Virus record (IMG/VR): IMGVR_UViG_3300035698_011322 | Location: 10,658-74,657 of that record | DNA: 64,000 nt | Source: a virus | Reading direction: 5' to 3' (one strand) | Shown here: one piece after another, positions 9,563-19,502 of the stretch | Position numbering within the stretch: position 1 is the stretch's first letter | Layout: each line of letters starts with the position of its first letter | The notes under the pieces: generated by a model | What the model was told of the DNA's origin: nothing | Databases searched by the model: none | The model's input: the letters and a program-made list of their open reading frames with translations, nothing else | Position numbers and translations under genes: made by a program

Positions 9563-9835
9563 TCAAGTCCCAGCCACATCAAATGGTCTTATCTCAATAT
9601 TATCATTTTCTTCGATAAGTGCCGGTGCAGCTGAGGGTAACACTTCATCGCTATTATAAAAAACACGAAACTTTCCCATACCAGCGTCTGCAGCATAATC
9701 TCTTACTGTGTCTTTAAATGATACACCTGGATCCAATTCGATTTTAGAACCATTTACAACGATATAAGTTCCGCCATCCCTTGGTACTTCATTAACCTCT
9801 GCAGGATTTCCACCATCCCAATATTCATCATTCAT
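9563..9835 (-). CDS. ubiquitin-like beta-grasp protein
   Basis: 90 aa with beta-grasp-like pattern, ending IEIRPFDVAG-T; leads the E2-E1-JAB operon. Confidence 0.7.
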   Translation of the reverse strand: MNDEYWDGGNPAEVNEVPRDGGTYIVVNGSKIELDPGVSFKDTVRDYAADAGMGKFRVFYNSDEVLPSAAPALIEENDNIEIRPFDVAGT

Positions 9836-9905
9836 TTTTTAACTCCTCCTTTTCAATTTTTTATTATAATTTAATATAACAAATTTTTACAACAATGTAA
9901 ACCAA

Positions 9906-10646
9906 CTATATTTCTCTTGAAAACAAACAATATTGCTCGGACTCATCAGCAGACTTAACAAACAATATTCCCAAATCCTGCTCCTCTCTATATGCGAACC
10001 TTATAGAAAAGTTTTCAAAACTATCCTCAATCACAGCCATAATATTTACCACATCTTTATAGTCAAAGGACAATACAAGATCATCATGAACTACATCATC
10101 AATGCCGAATCTTAATCCATTTGAGAACTCATTTGATTTATCCGATGTTTCAATAAACAACTTATTTTCTTTCACTTCGAAATATATCTTCTGAAACCTT
10201 GAACCGATCTTCTTAATCTTCTTAAAGTGATCCATGAAATCATCATCAAGTTCTTTTTCATAAAACCATGTTACATCATTCCTTATTGATTCAGACCCAA
10301 ATTTATTTATAATAGTAGGTGAACAAAAATTAAGTATAGTCTTCTGCTTACCAGACTTTAATACAATCCTATTCTCAAAGATCTGGGTGTCGACCTCTTC
10401 CGAATCAAACAAATTCAAGAATGGAATGACATTACTTGATGGCTCCGAGAAATTAAGTTCAATTTCATCACCTGTATCAAAAACATCGTTATCCACATTC
10501 ACTATTGAAATACTACCATCATCGCTTGATATCATTCTTGATTTGGCCTTGCTGTCCGCAAATTTTATCTGAACATTATTAATTGAAAAATTTATTGTGG
10601 CCTTTTTTAACAACTCTTTTAGGTTGCTTACATTCGTTTTTATCAT
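9906..10646 (-). CDS. DNA sliding clamp (gp45/PCNA-like)
   Basis: 246 aa, acidic, two-domain clamp-like pattern, adjacent to clamp-loader genes. Confidence 0.7.
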   Translation of the reverse strand: MIKTNVSNLKELLKKATINFSINNVQIKFADSKAKSRMISSDDGSISIVNVDNDVFDTGDEIELNFSEPSSNVIPFLNLFDSEEVDTQIFENRIVLKSGKQKTILNFCSPTIINKFGSESIRNDVTWFYEKELDDDFMDHFKKIKKIGSRFQKIYFEVKENKLFIETSDKSNEFSNGLRFGIDDVVHDDLVLSFDYKDVVNIMAVIEDSFENFSIRFAYREEQDLGILFVKSADESEQYCLFSREI

Positions 10647-11028
10647 CTATCTTTAACTCCTTTTTAAATGTCACAAGCATCTTTGCTTCTCTTTTTGACA
10701 AATCTGTTTCTTCGACTACCTTTAAGACATCTTTCATAAACTGTTTTTCTTCAGTTGTCTTCTTGATCCACTTCACATATCTTCTGCCCTTTGGAACAAC
10801 AGCCATATAATAGTCATATATAGATTTATCAGGTATCTTAAACTGTAAGTGATTTATTTTCTCAACATATTGAATTAAATGTTTATCATGGCTCAACCAC
10901 ATTGATAACATATATGCAGATGCAAGTTTCTTGTCATATGAGTATTTTATTACCTTTGTATATATCTGATTCAAGAAGGTAAAGAGATTCGGTTCACTAC
11001 TTTTCTTCTTCTTAGCCATATTACACAA
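10579..11028 (-). CDS. clamp loader small subunit (gp62-like)
   Basis: LFTFLNQI...YMLSMWLS...YDYY...PKGRRYVKWIK. Confidence 0.75.
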   Translation of the reverse strand: MCNMAKKKKSSEPNLFTFLNQIYTKVIKYSYDKKLASAYMLSMWLSHDKHLIQYVEKINHLQFKIPDKSIYDYYMAVVPKGRRYVKWIKKTTEEKQFMKDVLKVVEETDLSKREAKMLVTFKKELKIDDKNECKQPKRVVKKGHNKFFN

Positions 11029-11127
11029 ACCCCATAATAAAAATAGTAGTCAAAATAACAATTACAATAGATATACTTATTTCTACAAACCACTCATTCA
11101 AAAAATCCATTAATTTATAAACCACTC

Positions 11128-12057
11128 TCATACTATTTTACCATATATCATATCAACAACCATGTGCATAAAATTTATTTCTTTTATATCTGATATAGCA
11201 TTTCTATGTAAATGCTCACCTATCATTAGAATAGCACCACCTGGTTCTTTGAACTCACCCGCGTTCTCAAATAGATAACTATATAGCTCTGTATAATCGA
11301 TATAATTTGATTTGAGAATTTGTCGTACAGTTTCAATATCCTTTAGTGTGATACCTCTTAATATCTTATCCCATACACCCTCTGACTTTGATAGTCTACT
11401 GCCAATCAAAACACCATCAATACAATTTTCTTGTAGAACATTAATAGTTTTTCGTATGTCTGGATAGCATTTCTCAACAATAGTTTTTATATGAGCAACA
11501 CTTTCCTTGGTAAGTTTTATCTTCTCACTCCTTAAGATCTTCAAACAAAACTTAGCTATATCAGGCTTAGGTGGGTTCTCTACCTTCAACACAGTGAAAC
11601 GTGATCTCAGTTCTGGAATAACATACCTATCATAATTACACAGAAGAACAAATCTAGTAATCTTTTGTACGTCTTCCATCATTTGTCTTAGCATCTTTTG
11701 GGCACCCTGTGGGCCTGAGGATAATGAGTCGCCCTCATTTAGAACAACAATTTTCATATCCCCATGAGAGGCCATAGATGTAGCAAACCGCCTAACCTTA
11801 TCTCTCATTGTATCTATACCTGTTTCATCAGAAGCATTAATCCACAGTTTAGGTAAGGCTGACTGCTCCAAAAGTATATGGGCAAAGGTACCTTTGCCAA
11901 TACCAGGACTACCATACAACATTATGTTTGGTAATTCTATAATAAACTTTCTAAACCTTTTTCTTATATCTTCATTTAGAACCATATCATCTATAGATTT
12001 TGGTTCATATCGAAATGACCAGATTGATTTACTATTCATTATATACACTCTATACAT
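11128..12057 (-). CDS. clamp loader AAA+ subunit (gp44/RFC-like)
   Basis: W..RYEPK, GSPGIGKGT, INASDETGID, LRSRF, YPDIRK. Confidence 0.9.
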   Translation of the reverse strand: MYRVYIMNSKSIWSFRYEPKSIDDMVLNEDIRKRFRKFIIELPNIMLYGSPGIGKGTFAHILLEQSALPKLWINASDETGIDTMRDKVRRFATSMASHGDMKIVVLNEGDSLSSGPQGAQKMLRQMMEDVQKITRFVLLCNYDRYVIPELRSRFTVLKVENPPKPDIAKFCLKILRSEKIKLTKESVAHIKTIVEKCYPDIRKTINVLQENCIDGVLIGSRLSKSEGVWDKILRGITLKDIETVRQILKSNYIDYTELYSYLFENAGEFKEPGGAILMIGEHLHRNAISDIKEINFMHMVVDMIYGKIV

Positions 12058-12512
12058 TTTATTTTATTTGGTTCTGTTTCTATACCATCATTACAACAAG
12101 GTCTTTCACAACTATCATCGTGTATATGTGACTTTATATGCATGCAATCCTGAAACTCACAATTTTCGGCCTCTATACATTTCACCACAGTTTTTTTTTC
12201 ATCTATTGTTTCTATTTTTACCGAATCAATTCCACCACTACCCATAACAACATTCACATCTGCTGTTCTCCGCACATCATCTTTTAGTTGAAGACTCATA
12301 TCATACTCAATATCATTCATAGCATCTTCAATAAGATTCTCAACTTGATTTAAAATATCTGATATGTTACCACCTATTTTCTTCTCCATCTTTTGTAAGA
12401 ATAATAAATACTCATCTTTGTCCATAGAAGATTCCAATTCTTTTTTGAACTCATAATTCTTAATGCCATACAAAAAATACTTACAAAATAACCTTTTGAG
12501 AATTTTTTTCAT
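12039..12512 (-). CDS. hypothetical protein, Cys/His-rich C-terminus
   Basis: ORF with SD and upstream early promoter. Confidence 0.5.
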   Translation of the reverse strand: MKKILKRLFCKYFLYGIKNYEFKKELESSMDKDEYLLFLQKMEKKIGGNISDILNQVENLIEDAMNDIEYDMSLQLKDDVRRTADVNVVMGSGGIDSVKIETIDEKKTVVKCIEAENCEFQDCMHIKSHIHDDSCERPCCNDGIETEPNKIKCIECI

Positions 12513-12580
12513 TTATCTATTTCCTTTTTATGTTTTATTATATTAATTATACAGCAAAATTATAGATAAGTAAATACAAT

Positions 12581-13036
12581 TTATAATCTTTCAAGGAGAA
12601 AGTTTTTAGATGAATATACTTGATTCCTTTTAGTATTAACAAAGGCATCAATTATCTTTTCATGTTGATCGGAGTTGGTTATTTTATCTGGTATACAAAT
12701 CACATTCATATCATATTTTTCGATTGCTCTTGTTACCATTAGTTCATTTATACAAACGACTGCTCTTGTATGTTTATTTCTGTTTGCCATAATAGATGAA
12801 TACATTGAATACTCTGATATAATAATTCCAAGATCATTATATTCAGACACAGCTTCAGAAAGCATTGATACAATAATAGAAAAATCTTTATTGTCAATAC
12901 TCAAGTTTATTATATTATGGAATTGGAATTTTTTGCTCAGATAAGTTGTTATTAGGTAGGATGTTTCAACACAATTTTTATCATTGCATATATATATTGT
13001 GGGTTTTTCACTTGACATTTTATTACTTCCTTTCAC
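12581..13036 (-). CDS. RpiB/LacA/LacB-like protein, degenerate active site
   Basis: GIIIS....SIMANRNKHTRAVVC...YDMNVICI pattern of the RpiB fold. Confidence 0.65.
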   Translation of the reverse strand: MKGSNKMSSEKPTIYICNDKNCVETSYLITTYLSKKFQFHNIINLSIDNKDFSIIVSMLSEAVSEYNDLGIIISEYSMYSSIMANRNKHTRAVVCINELMVTRAIEKYDMNVICIPDKITNSDQHEKIIDAFVNTKRNQVYSSKNFLLERL

Positions 13037-13046
13037 AAATTATTAT

Positions 13047-13136
13047 TGGCGGAAGAGGAGAGGATTGAACTCCCACCGGCTTTTACACCGTAGCGCCTTA
13101 GCAGGGCGTTCCAATACCAATTATGGTTACTCTTCC
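13047..13136 (-). tRNA. tRNA-Ser(GCT)
   Basis: Cloverleaf, loop CTGCTAA, long variable arm, G73-CCA. Confidence 0.85.
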
Positions 13137-13142
13137 ATTTTT

Positions 13143-13215
13143 TGGAGCGACTTGGGGATTTGAACCCTACCTTCCCGCTGGACGCAAGACGTGCTGCCAA
13201 TTACACCATCGCCGC
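13143..13215 (-). tRNA. tRNA-Gly(TCC), atypical
   Basis: GCG.. acceptor, loop CGTCCAG (G33), U73-CCA. Confidence 0.6.
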
Positions 13216-13641
13216 TTATACTATCCTTATTAGGTTTCCATCATAGTTCTTACCTAAATGTCGTTCTACTTTTCTTAAAGTATCTTCTGTACCACCTTTT
13301 CTATCAGGTGACACACAGGCTATAACTATTGTATTTGGCTCTGATTCTCTTGCAACAACTGTATTTCTTTCGTAGAACCATTGTGCCCATTTATGTCTTG
13401 GTGAATATTCTACTGGTTTCTTTTCTGGATCGGGTCTATGAATTATTAGCTTTCCATTTGATTCTGTTAGGTTCATCTTTCTAGCAATGATTTCAGCAAA
13501 CCGATCCCCACCCTTTGGGCAACCGCCAGAAATAATCACATCACCTTTATCATACCATTTCTTGAACTCATTATAAACTTGATGGTAATCGGAAGGATTG
13601 TTTCTTCTTCTAGATCCAATGATAATTATCTTCTTAGACAT
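13216..13641 (-). CDS. SLOG/DprA-like Rossmann protein
   Basis: IIGSR, IISGGCPKGGDRFAE, ERN, GGTEDT. Confidence 0.75.
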   Translation of the reverse strand: MSKKIIIIGSRRRNNPSDYHQVYNEFKKWYDKGDVIISGGCPKGGDRFAEIIARKMNLTESNGKLIIHRPDPEKKPVEYSPRHKWAQWFYERNTVVARESEPNTIVIACVSPDRKGGTEDTLRKVERHLGKNYDGNLIRIV

Positions 13642-13849
13642 AGATTATCCTTTGAGATAATTCTTCACCTATTTCCCAATCCTCTATAGTAACTTTTACT
13701 TTTGTCGCTTCGAAAATCGCATACCAAACAGATCCACAATCATCGCATACTCCTTCAAGACCTGCTGTTTGTGGATCTGTTTGTGGTATCAAATGAGGTT
13801 CTGATCTATAACTTATATTACCATTACATTCTGGGCATACATCTTTCAT
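13634..13849 (-). CDS. small Zn-ribbon protein
   Basis: CPEC...CDDC. Confidence 0.5.
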   Translation of the reverse strand: MKDVCPECNGNISYRSEPHLIPQTDPQTAGLEGVCDDCGSVWYAIFEATKVKVTIEDWEIGEELSQRIIYV

Positions 13850-13864
13850 TTAACTTTTACCTTT

Positions 13865-14002
13865 CTATTTCTTTACTGGGGTGTCTCTTCCACGACCTCG
13901 ACCTTTTCCACGACCTCGACCTCGACCATCTTTTTCTGGCCAACCCTTTTTATCTTTCTTTGGGCCTTTTCCATCTGGGCCCGTTCCATCACCTCTTGGC
14001 AT
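13865..14002 (-). CDS. small RG-rich protein, DUF5320-like
   Basis: Own translation MPRGDGTGPDGKGP...GRGRGRGKGRGRGR; SD AGGAG; below ORF-track cutoff. Confidence 0.7.
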   Translation of the reverse strand: MPRGDGTGPDGKGPKKDKKGWPEKDGRGRGRGKGRGRGRDTPVKK

Positions 14003-14017
14003 AATTACTCCTCCTTT

Positions 14018-14608
14018 TCAATTTTTTATTACTTCATTAACAAAATCATATAGTGGCAAATCTTCCATTTCCTCAATCTTAATAGACCACATATCACACT
14101 CTTTGCTTTCTTTTATATCACCAGCCAGTTTCTTTATATCAGAGGAAATTATCTTACCACTATCTTGTGATATCTTTACATCCATATATGAATCTTCTTC
14201 CTTATATTCTAACTTACCAGATAATACCATACTTGCCCACTTTTGTAAATAAGATTTTGATTTACTTGATAGGTTAGATAAATTGATACTCCAGAAGTTT
14301 CTATATCTTCTCAATCTCATCCACCCCTTCTTGAACAAAGACAACATTATTTGCTCTCTAGCTTTGCCTTCAATCCCCATTTTTTCATTATAAAAATCAT
14401 ATATATATTCTATGAATTCTTTATTCAGTCCGAACTTCTTAGGATACCTTATAATCGTTTGTATATGAGTTGTTGGAGCATAAACAATTTCACCCTTTGG
14501 TGAAATAAAGAATGCTGCCATAAACACACCTTCCTCAAGAATACTTTCAAAAACAAATGTTCTCTTACCTTTTATTGAAGTTTCTTTTAAATAATTTTCG
14601 AATTTCAT
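14018..14608 (-). CDS. hypothetical protein with capsid-targeting-like N-terminus
   Basis: Start MKFENYLKET; TATAAATA at 14643-14650 on minus strand. Confidence 0.65.
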   Translation of the reverse strand: MKFENYLKETSIKGKRTFVFESILEEGVFMAAFFISPKGEIVYAPTTHIQTIIRYPKKFGLNKEFIEYIYDFYNEKMGIEGKAREQIMLSLFKKGWMRLRRYRNFWSINLSNLSSKSKSYLQKWASMVLSGKLEYKEEDSYMDVKISQDSGKIISSDIKKLAGDIKESKECDMWSIKIEEMEDLPLYDFVNEVIKN

Positions 14609-14651
14609 TATTATTTTCTCTCTATGACTTTTAATTGACTCATATTTATAA

Positions 14652-15227
14652 TTATACACTATTATATAGTAAATGTAAACTCTCATATAAATCTTTAAAT
14701 TTTATTGGTGTATAGTTGATGTTCTCTACAGATATATTTATATAATAATTGTCATATAAGTTTCTAAAGAGCGGAGATTTATTGTGCAAATGGCCGTGAA
14801 TAGAGATGGCATTGTGTTTACAAGGTTTTGGTTTATGACTAAAAATAATTGGCACATCTCCATCATATATAGTGAATGGTTTCTTTGTAAGTGTTATTCC
14901 TATGTCTTTGAACCAACCAACACTATGTCCATCATGATTGCCTCTTATCATATATATTTCACCATTCAATTTACTTCTTATTTCAAATATTCTCTCTTGA
15001 CCACCAAAACCAAAGTCTCCAAGATGAAGAACTATATCATCATTACCAACAACATTGTTCCAGTTTCTTATTATAATATTTTGCCAATCATTTGGTCTGC
15101 TACAATACTCTCCTATTTTTTTATGGTTGAAATGTGTGTCTGATATAAGAAAAACATTTTGTATGCTTCCCATAGTAAAATATTTTGATTTATTTTTTAT
15201 CAAATCGTCGAATGTATTATTTGTCAT
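14652..15227 (-). CDS. calcineurin-like metallophosphoesterase
   Basis: SDTHF, HLGDF, GNHD, HGHLH. Confidence 0.9.
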   Translation of the reverse strand: MTNNTFDDLIKNKSKYFTMGSIQNVFLISDTHFNHKKIGEYCSRPNDWQNIIIRNWNNVVGNDDIVLHLGDFGFGGQERIFEIRSKLNGEIYMIRGNHDGHSVGWFKDIGITLTKKPFTIYDGDVPIIFSHKPKPCKHNAISIHGHLHNKSPLFRNLYDNYYINISVENINYTPIKFKDLYESLHLLYNSV

Positions 15228-15320
15228 ATATTCCCATTTATTTTATTTTTTATGTTTACAATTATTTTTTTTATGGTATACTAGAGCATGCTCGCGCGGC
15301 AGGAAGGTTTAAATTCTGAT

Positions 15321-15365
15321 AATATAAAAATATAGAATATAAAAATATAGAATATAAAAATATAT
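15321..15365. repeat. 15-bp tandem repeat x3 (AATATAAAAATATAG)
   Basis: Read directly. Confidence 0.8.
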
Positions 15366-15381
15366 AAAGAATAATATATAA

Positions 15382-15567
15382 TTATTTAATATACTTTTTA
15401 AGATTAAGTTTAGCCTTTTTCCTATCATATTTTCTATCATTCTTTTTTCCATGAATAACTTTTGTACCTTTTGTTGTGGGTATCCTTCCAATATTAAGAT
15501 CATTCATCCTAATTATAATATCCTTTTTCTTTTTCTTATCATTAACTGACTTCATTCTCTTAGGCAT
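15382..15567 (-). CDS. small basic protein
   Basis: SD GGAGG; TATAAATA at 15601-15608 on minus strand. Confidence 0.55.
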   Translation of the reverse strand: MPKRMKSVNDKKKKKDIIIRMNDLNIGRIPTTKGTKVIHGKKNDRKYDRKKAKLNLKKYIK

Positions 15568-15629
15568 AAAAATACCCTCCTATTTTACTACATTCAACAG
15601 TATTTATATAAGAGGGTATGGTTATTTTA

Positions 15630-16019
15630 TTATTTTTCTTTGATTAAGTTTCTTTGCTTATCCTTTTCTTGTTCGGATGCCATTCGTCGTCTACCCTCTA
15701 TAAATGCTGTAATAATATTATCAATGTGTTCCAAATCTTGTACAAGAAAAGATTCCTCTAGCTCGATATATCCTGTAAATAACATTTTTAAAGATCCTGT
15801 TATTCTTTTCCATATTCTTCTATACCAGTTGTCTTCCCAACCAGTACACCAACATACATTCTTATAAAAGGTCATTTCGAACATATTGATTTTTTTATCA
15901 TATTCGAATGATATCATTGCATTATGATCGGTACTACCACAATCACATGCTATTTGATATAGAACATAATTTTCCCATTCATCTACATTCATCACACCCT
16001 TTGATATTTCACTTTTCAT
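15630..16019 (-). CDS. hypothetical protein
   Basis: ORF with SD AGGAG. Confidence 0.55.
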   Translation of the reverse strand: MKSEISKGVMNVDEWENYVLYQIACDCGSTDHNAMISFEYDKKINMFEMTFYKNVCWCTGWEDNWYRRIWKRITGSLKMLFTGYIELEESFLVQDLEHIDNIITAFIEGRRRMASEQEKDKQRNLIKEK

Positions 16020-16035
16020 TAAACTTACTCCTTTA

Positions 16036-16335
16036 TTATTTCAAATACAATCCAAAATTGACATTAAGATGTTTGAATTTTGATAATGATTCATTCAAAC
16101 TATTTGGATGAGCAATTAATAGTTCGGCCATGGACCATCCACGATCTTTAAAGTCCGAGTTGATGAACTTATTCCGTGAACACAGGATAGCATTGTTTAA
16201 TAAGGCATTACGTGTTGCTTTTTCTGACACGGGATTCTGTTTGAATTCAAGCTCACAAAACTTATTAGTATTGATCAAGTTATGATCAATACAAAATTTA
16301 CAATTCTTACAATAGTTTCTCAATTTTTTAGCCAT
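16036..16335 (-). CDS. Cys-rich hypothetical protein
   Basis: CKNCKFC; coupled to neighbour. Confidence 0.5.
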   Translation of the reverse strand: MAKKLRNYCKNCKFCIDHNLINTNKFCELEFKQNPVSEKATRNALLNNAILCSRNKFINSDFKDRGWSMAELLIAHPNSLNESLSKFKHLNVNFGLYLK

Positions 16336-16667
16336 TATACTTTTTCCTTTCTTATCTCTGATTCTTTACGAGCATCAATATCTCTCTGATCAAACACCCT
16401 GCCATATATATCTTTTATCATATTATTTATTCTATCTTTTTTACCATAATACTGTGATATACACATAATAATTTTTGGTGCATATTGTTGGTTATCTTTT
16501 AAGAACATCATTACATCATAACCAGATTTCTTAAATTTTTCTAAATCATGATCTATATATAATAGATCCCATTTTTTTCTCGATAACTGTTTTATACCCT
16601 TTTCAAATGTAGTCGCTATATAATCACATTTTAGTATTTTATTATAACTAATAACTAATATTTCCAT
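16335..16667 (-). CDS. second cyclic-phosphate receiver-like protein
   Basis: WDLLYIDHDLE...SGYDVMMFL, similar to 220..546. Confidence 0.55.
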   Translation of the reverse strand: MEILVISYNKILKCDYIATTFEKGIKQLSRKKWDLLYIDHDLEKFKKSGYDVMMFLKDNQQYAPKIIMCISQYYGKKDRINNMIKDIYGRVFDQRDIDARKESEIRKEKV

Positions 16668-16686
16668 TCACTTTACTCCTTACCAT

Positions 16687-16914
16687 CTATTTCTTTTTTG
16701 TGGCAATAACTGTTTTCGCCGCGGCCTTAAAGGCATAGGCCGTGCCTCTTTTATTTCTCCATCTTGAGGCCATTCTGGTTGTATTATCAACACCTGCTTG
16801 TTTACAAGCCTCTACGAAAATCTCATTCTTCAAAGCAAACTCAGCGTTCTTTTGAGCATACTTGGGTTCAATCGGATCGGCCTGTATTCTATCCCACTTA
16901 AAATTTCTCCACAT
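16687..16914 (-). CDS. hypothetical protein
   Basis: SD GAGGAG. Confidence 0.55.
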   Translation of the reverse strand: MWRNFKWDRIQADPIEPKYAQKNAEFALKNEIFVEACKQAGVDNTTRMASRWRNKRGTAYAFKAAAKTVIATKKK

Positions 16915-16917
16915 GTT

Positions 16918-17478
16918 TTACTTACTCCTCTTCTTTATAATAGATTTTGGTTTATAAAGTTTAAGTTTTTTCTTTGGTTTCTTTGCTAATGTTAATTTCT
17001 TCTTTTTTGGTTTTTTATCACTCTCTTCGCCAACATCATCATATGATTCAGTTGCTGTTGGATCATCATTCCATATATCTGTTGGATCATCATAAGATAA
17101 CTTTAACATTTCCTCCAGTTTTTGTAAATGTTTACGTGGAAAATAACCATCTATTGTAAGCTCATCAAGGATTTTAATGAGAATATTCTCCGATATTTTT
17201 GTTATACTGAACCTTACATCTCTTGGTATGCCTGTTCTTTTATCACCCGATCCTCTTTTCAAATTCATATTAAGAACACAACTAATGTCCTCATGTATCT
17301 TCATATATTTTTTCTTTTTTGCTTTTGAACCAGATACACAAACACTACTTACTTGTTTGGATCTGAATACCATAAACTTGAAACCCTTATCTTGATGTTC
17401 AGTAGTTTTAGAAAAAATGAGCATACCATTACCAAAGTCTATATACGGCATGCCTGTTTCTGAGTATTTTAATTCCAA
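16918..17478 (-). CDS. hypothetical protein with Lys-rich tail
   Basis: 186-aa ORF. Confidence 0.55.
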   Translation of the reverse strand: MELKYSETGMPYIDFGNGMLIFSKTTEHQDKGFKFMVFRSKQVSSVCVSGSKAKKKKYMKIHEDISCVLNMNLKRGSGDKRTGIPRDVRFSITKISENILIKILDELTIDGYFPRKHLQKLEEMLKLSYDDPTDIWNDDPTATESYDDVGEESDKKPKKKKLTLAKKPKKKLKLYKPKSIIKKRSK

Positions 17479-18175
17479 AGTATTATTCCTTTTTATTTAA
17501 TTCTGGATGAATAAAAAATTCTCTTTCTCATTCATTATTTTATCCTTTATTATACTATACTTAGCTAAAAATGTAAACACATTCTCTTATATTAATCGTT
17601 TATTTGATATTTGATTATCAATACCTGCTTTAAAGGCAGCCTGACAAAATGATTCTTTGACTATAGGTTTTCTATATTCACCATCATATCCCGCAAAGTA
17701 AGCATCATGTAAAGATGAGCACCGCATTCTATCCGGTGGATGGTTTATGTAATGCTCATACATTTTCTGCAATTCTAGTATTTTAAATCGTTTTATCATC
17801 TACGTATTCATCCCCCCTCCGTGATGTAACACATAGACCCAGAATGAAAAATCCTGCAATCGTGCCTATGAAAATCCCTGTTATAAAGGCGATCCAAATC
17901 ATATTGTCTCCTATCCTCTTCTTAATTATTTTGATACATAATTATATCTCTAAAGCTAAAATATAGTGCATAATATTATACCATAATGGATATATTTCTG
18001 GCACTCCAATTGCGAATAAGAGTGTCCAAAATAAAATTACTACAAAATTAAACATTATTTTAATCATTATCGATATTCTCCTTTATATTTTAAAAGCGGT
18101 CAGGATTCCAACCTGAGATAACCGTGATTTGATCAGATCACCGACTGATAGCCACTTATATCCCCGCTTTAATGT

Positions 18176-19027
18176 TTACGCTGCCAAGAGCAGTTGATTT
18201 TCCTCATCACCATACAGATCCCCAGCCAGTCTACCCATAGTGCCGTAACGGGCTGAGAAAATATTGGAACCATTTCTAGCCTTGGTTTCGTGGGTCATAA
18301 GGTAAGTAAGGATATTAAAGGCACCCCATTTGGTGTCAGCCAATTTTTGTTCGTTCAAAAGAGGCTCATAAGATTCACCAATAGTATTTGCCATTTTTTC
18401 GGACAAGTACTGAGTTGCCTTAGATTTACCAGTGGTAGGTTTTGTATGAAGACTAAGAAAATCATCGAAAGCCTTTTGATCAAAGGATTCTTTAGTCCAT
18501 TTTTCCCACACCTTCGCGTTTTTGTGAAACATGTTGAACTTGAAGGCGAAGGATTCTCTCAGCCTATCAACATTACCATCATAGTGAGCGAATGACTCTG
18601 AGAACAAGTTTTTCTTACCCATGATCATACCATTAGAGCACATCCAACGAAAACCCATAAGATTGTAACCGAAAGCGGTTCTACCATCATAACCATTATA
18701 CACTTCAAGGCACACACCGACCACATCGGAAGGCAAGATCTCAGCGTTCAAACGACTATCATCGAAAAGGAACTGACGCTTCCACCTTTTGGTAGTCGAA
18801 TCCATATGATCCTTGACCTTGGCAACACCAAACTCGCTGACTGCTTCTTCAAACAAATTACTGACAGCCTGATTTTCAACAATATCATAACCAGGTGAAA
18901 CAAAACCAATCACAGTATTCAGTTCATCATTAACGAGTGCTACTTTGTTAGGTATCTCAACACCCGAAGCCGTATGAACGGTTTCTTTCTTTACATTGAA
19001 AAACGGATTTCTTGGTTCGATATACAT
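18176..19027 (-). CDS. DUF932-like protein
   Basis: VSPGYDIVEN, NGYDG..AF, FRWMCSNGM, TKWGAFN..T...TH. Confidence 0.75.
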   Translation of the reverse strand: MYIEPRNPFFNVKKETVHTASGVEIPNKVALVNDELNTVIGFVSPGYDIVENQAVSNLFEEAVSEFGVAKVKDHMDSTTKRWKRQFLFDDSRLNAEILPSDVVGVCLEVYNGYDGRTAFGYNLMGFRWMCSNGMIMGKKNLFSESFAHYDGNVDRLRESFAFKFNMFHKNAKVWEKWTKESFDQKAFDDFLSLHTKPTTGKSKATQYLSEKMANTIGESYEPLLNEQKLADTKWGAFNILTYLMTHETKARNGSNIFSARYGTMGRLAGDLYGDEENQLLLAA

Positions 19028-19030
19028 ATT

Positions 19031-19104
19031 TCACACTCCTTTTTGATTTCTAAGAACATTGTAACACAAAATAAAGTTTGTGTAAATCACTTTTTAATTT
19101 CTTT
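19031..19104 (-). promoter_or_regulatory. repeated early promoter + stem-loop + SD cassette (copy 1)
   Basis: TTTACA-N17-TACAAT with internal ACACAAA/TTTGTGT inverted repeat and AGGAG; near-identical copy at 23431-23505. Confidence 0.8.
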
Positions 19105-19125
19105 TACTCTCCTCTATATATTGTT

Positions 19126-19377
19126 TTAGTTTATTCCCCCTTTATACGAAAAAAACATATCTGCTGATTTAAACATGACACTGCAATTTTTGCAGATACA
19201 ATATTCTATCCAGCTGCTCCCCCCAGGCCCTAATATCCCATTGTTTGATACGATTTCAGTGTATCCTTTATCTGAAAGACATACTGGGCATATACAGTCG
19301 TCCGTTATGTCAGTTGCTTCTATCTTGCTGTGTCTATCACACACGGCATCTTGTTCAAACGGTACATCTCTTAACAT
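19126..19377 (-). CDS. small Cys-rich protein
   Basis: CPVC...CKNC; SD AAGGAGG. Confidence 0.55.
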   Translation of the reverse strand: MLRDVPFEQDAVCDRHSKIEATDITDDCICPVCLSDKGYTEIVSNNGILGPGGSSWIEYCICKNCSVMFKSADMFFSYKGGIN

Positions 19378-19502
19378 AATACCTCCTTAGTTTGTCGCTC
19401 CCTGATTGGTTTCATTTTTCTTTTGTATCGGGATTAATATATTCAGTACACTTGCCTTCTTTGTCAACATAAATCCCCATTTAATCATGCTTTGGATTGT
19501 GT

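Noticed and set aside
15309-15503. 64-aa YILYF-repeat ORF
   Set aside because: Arises from the 15-bp AT repeat; no SD; overlaps a better-supported ORF.
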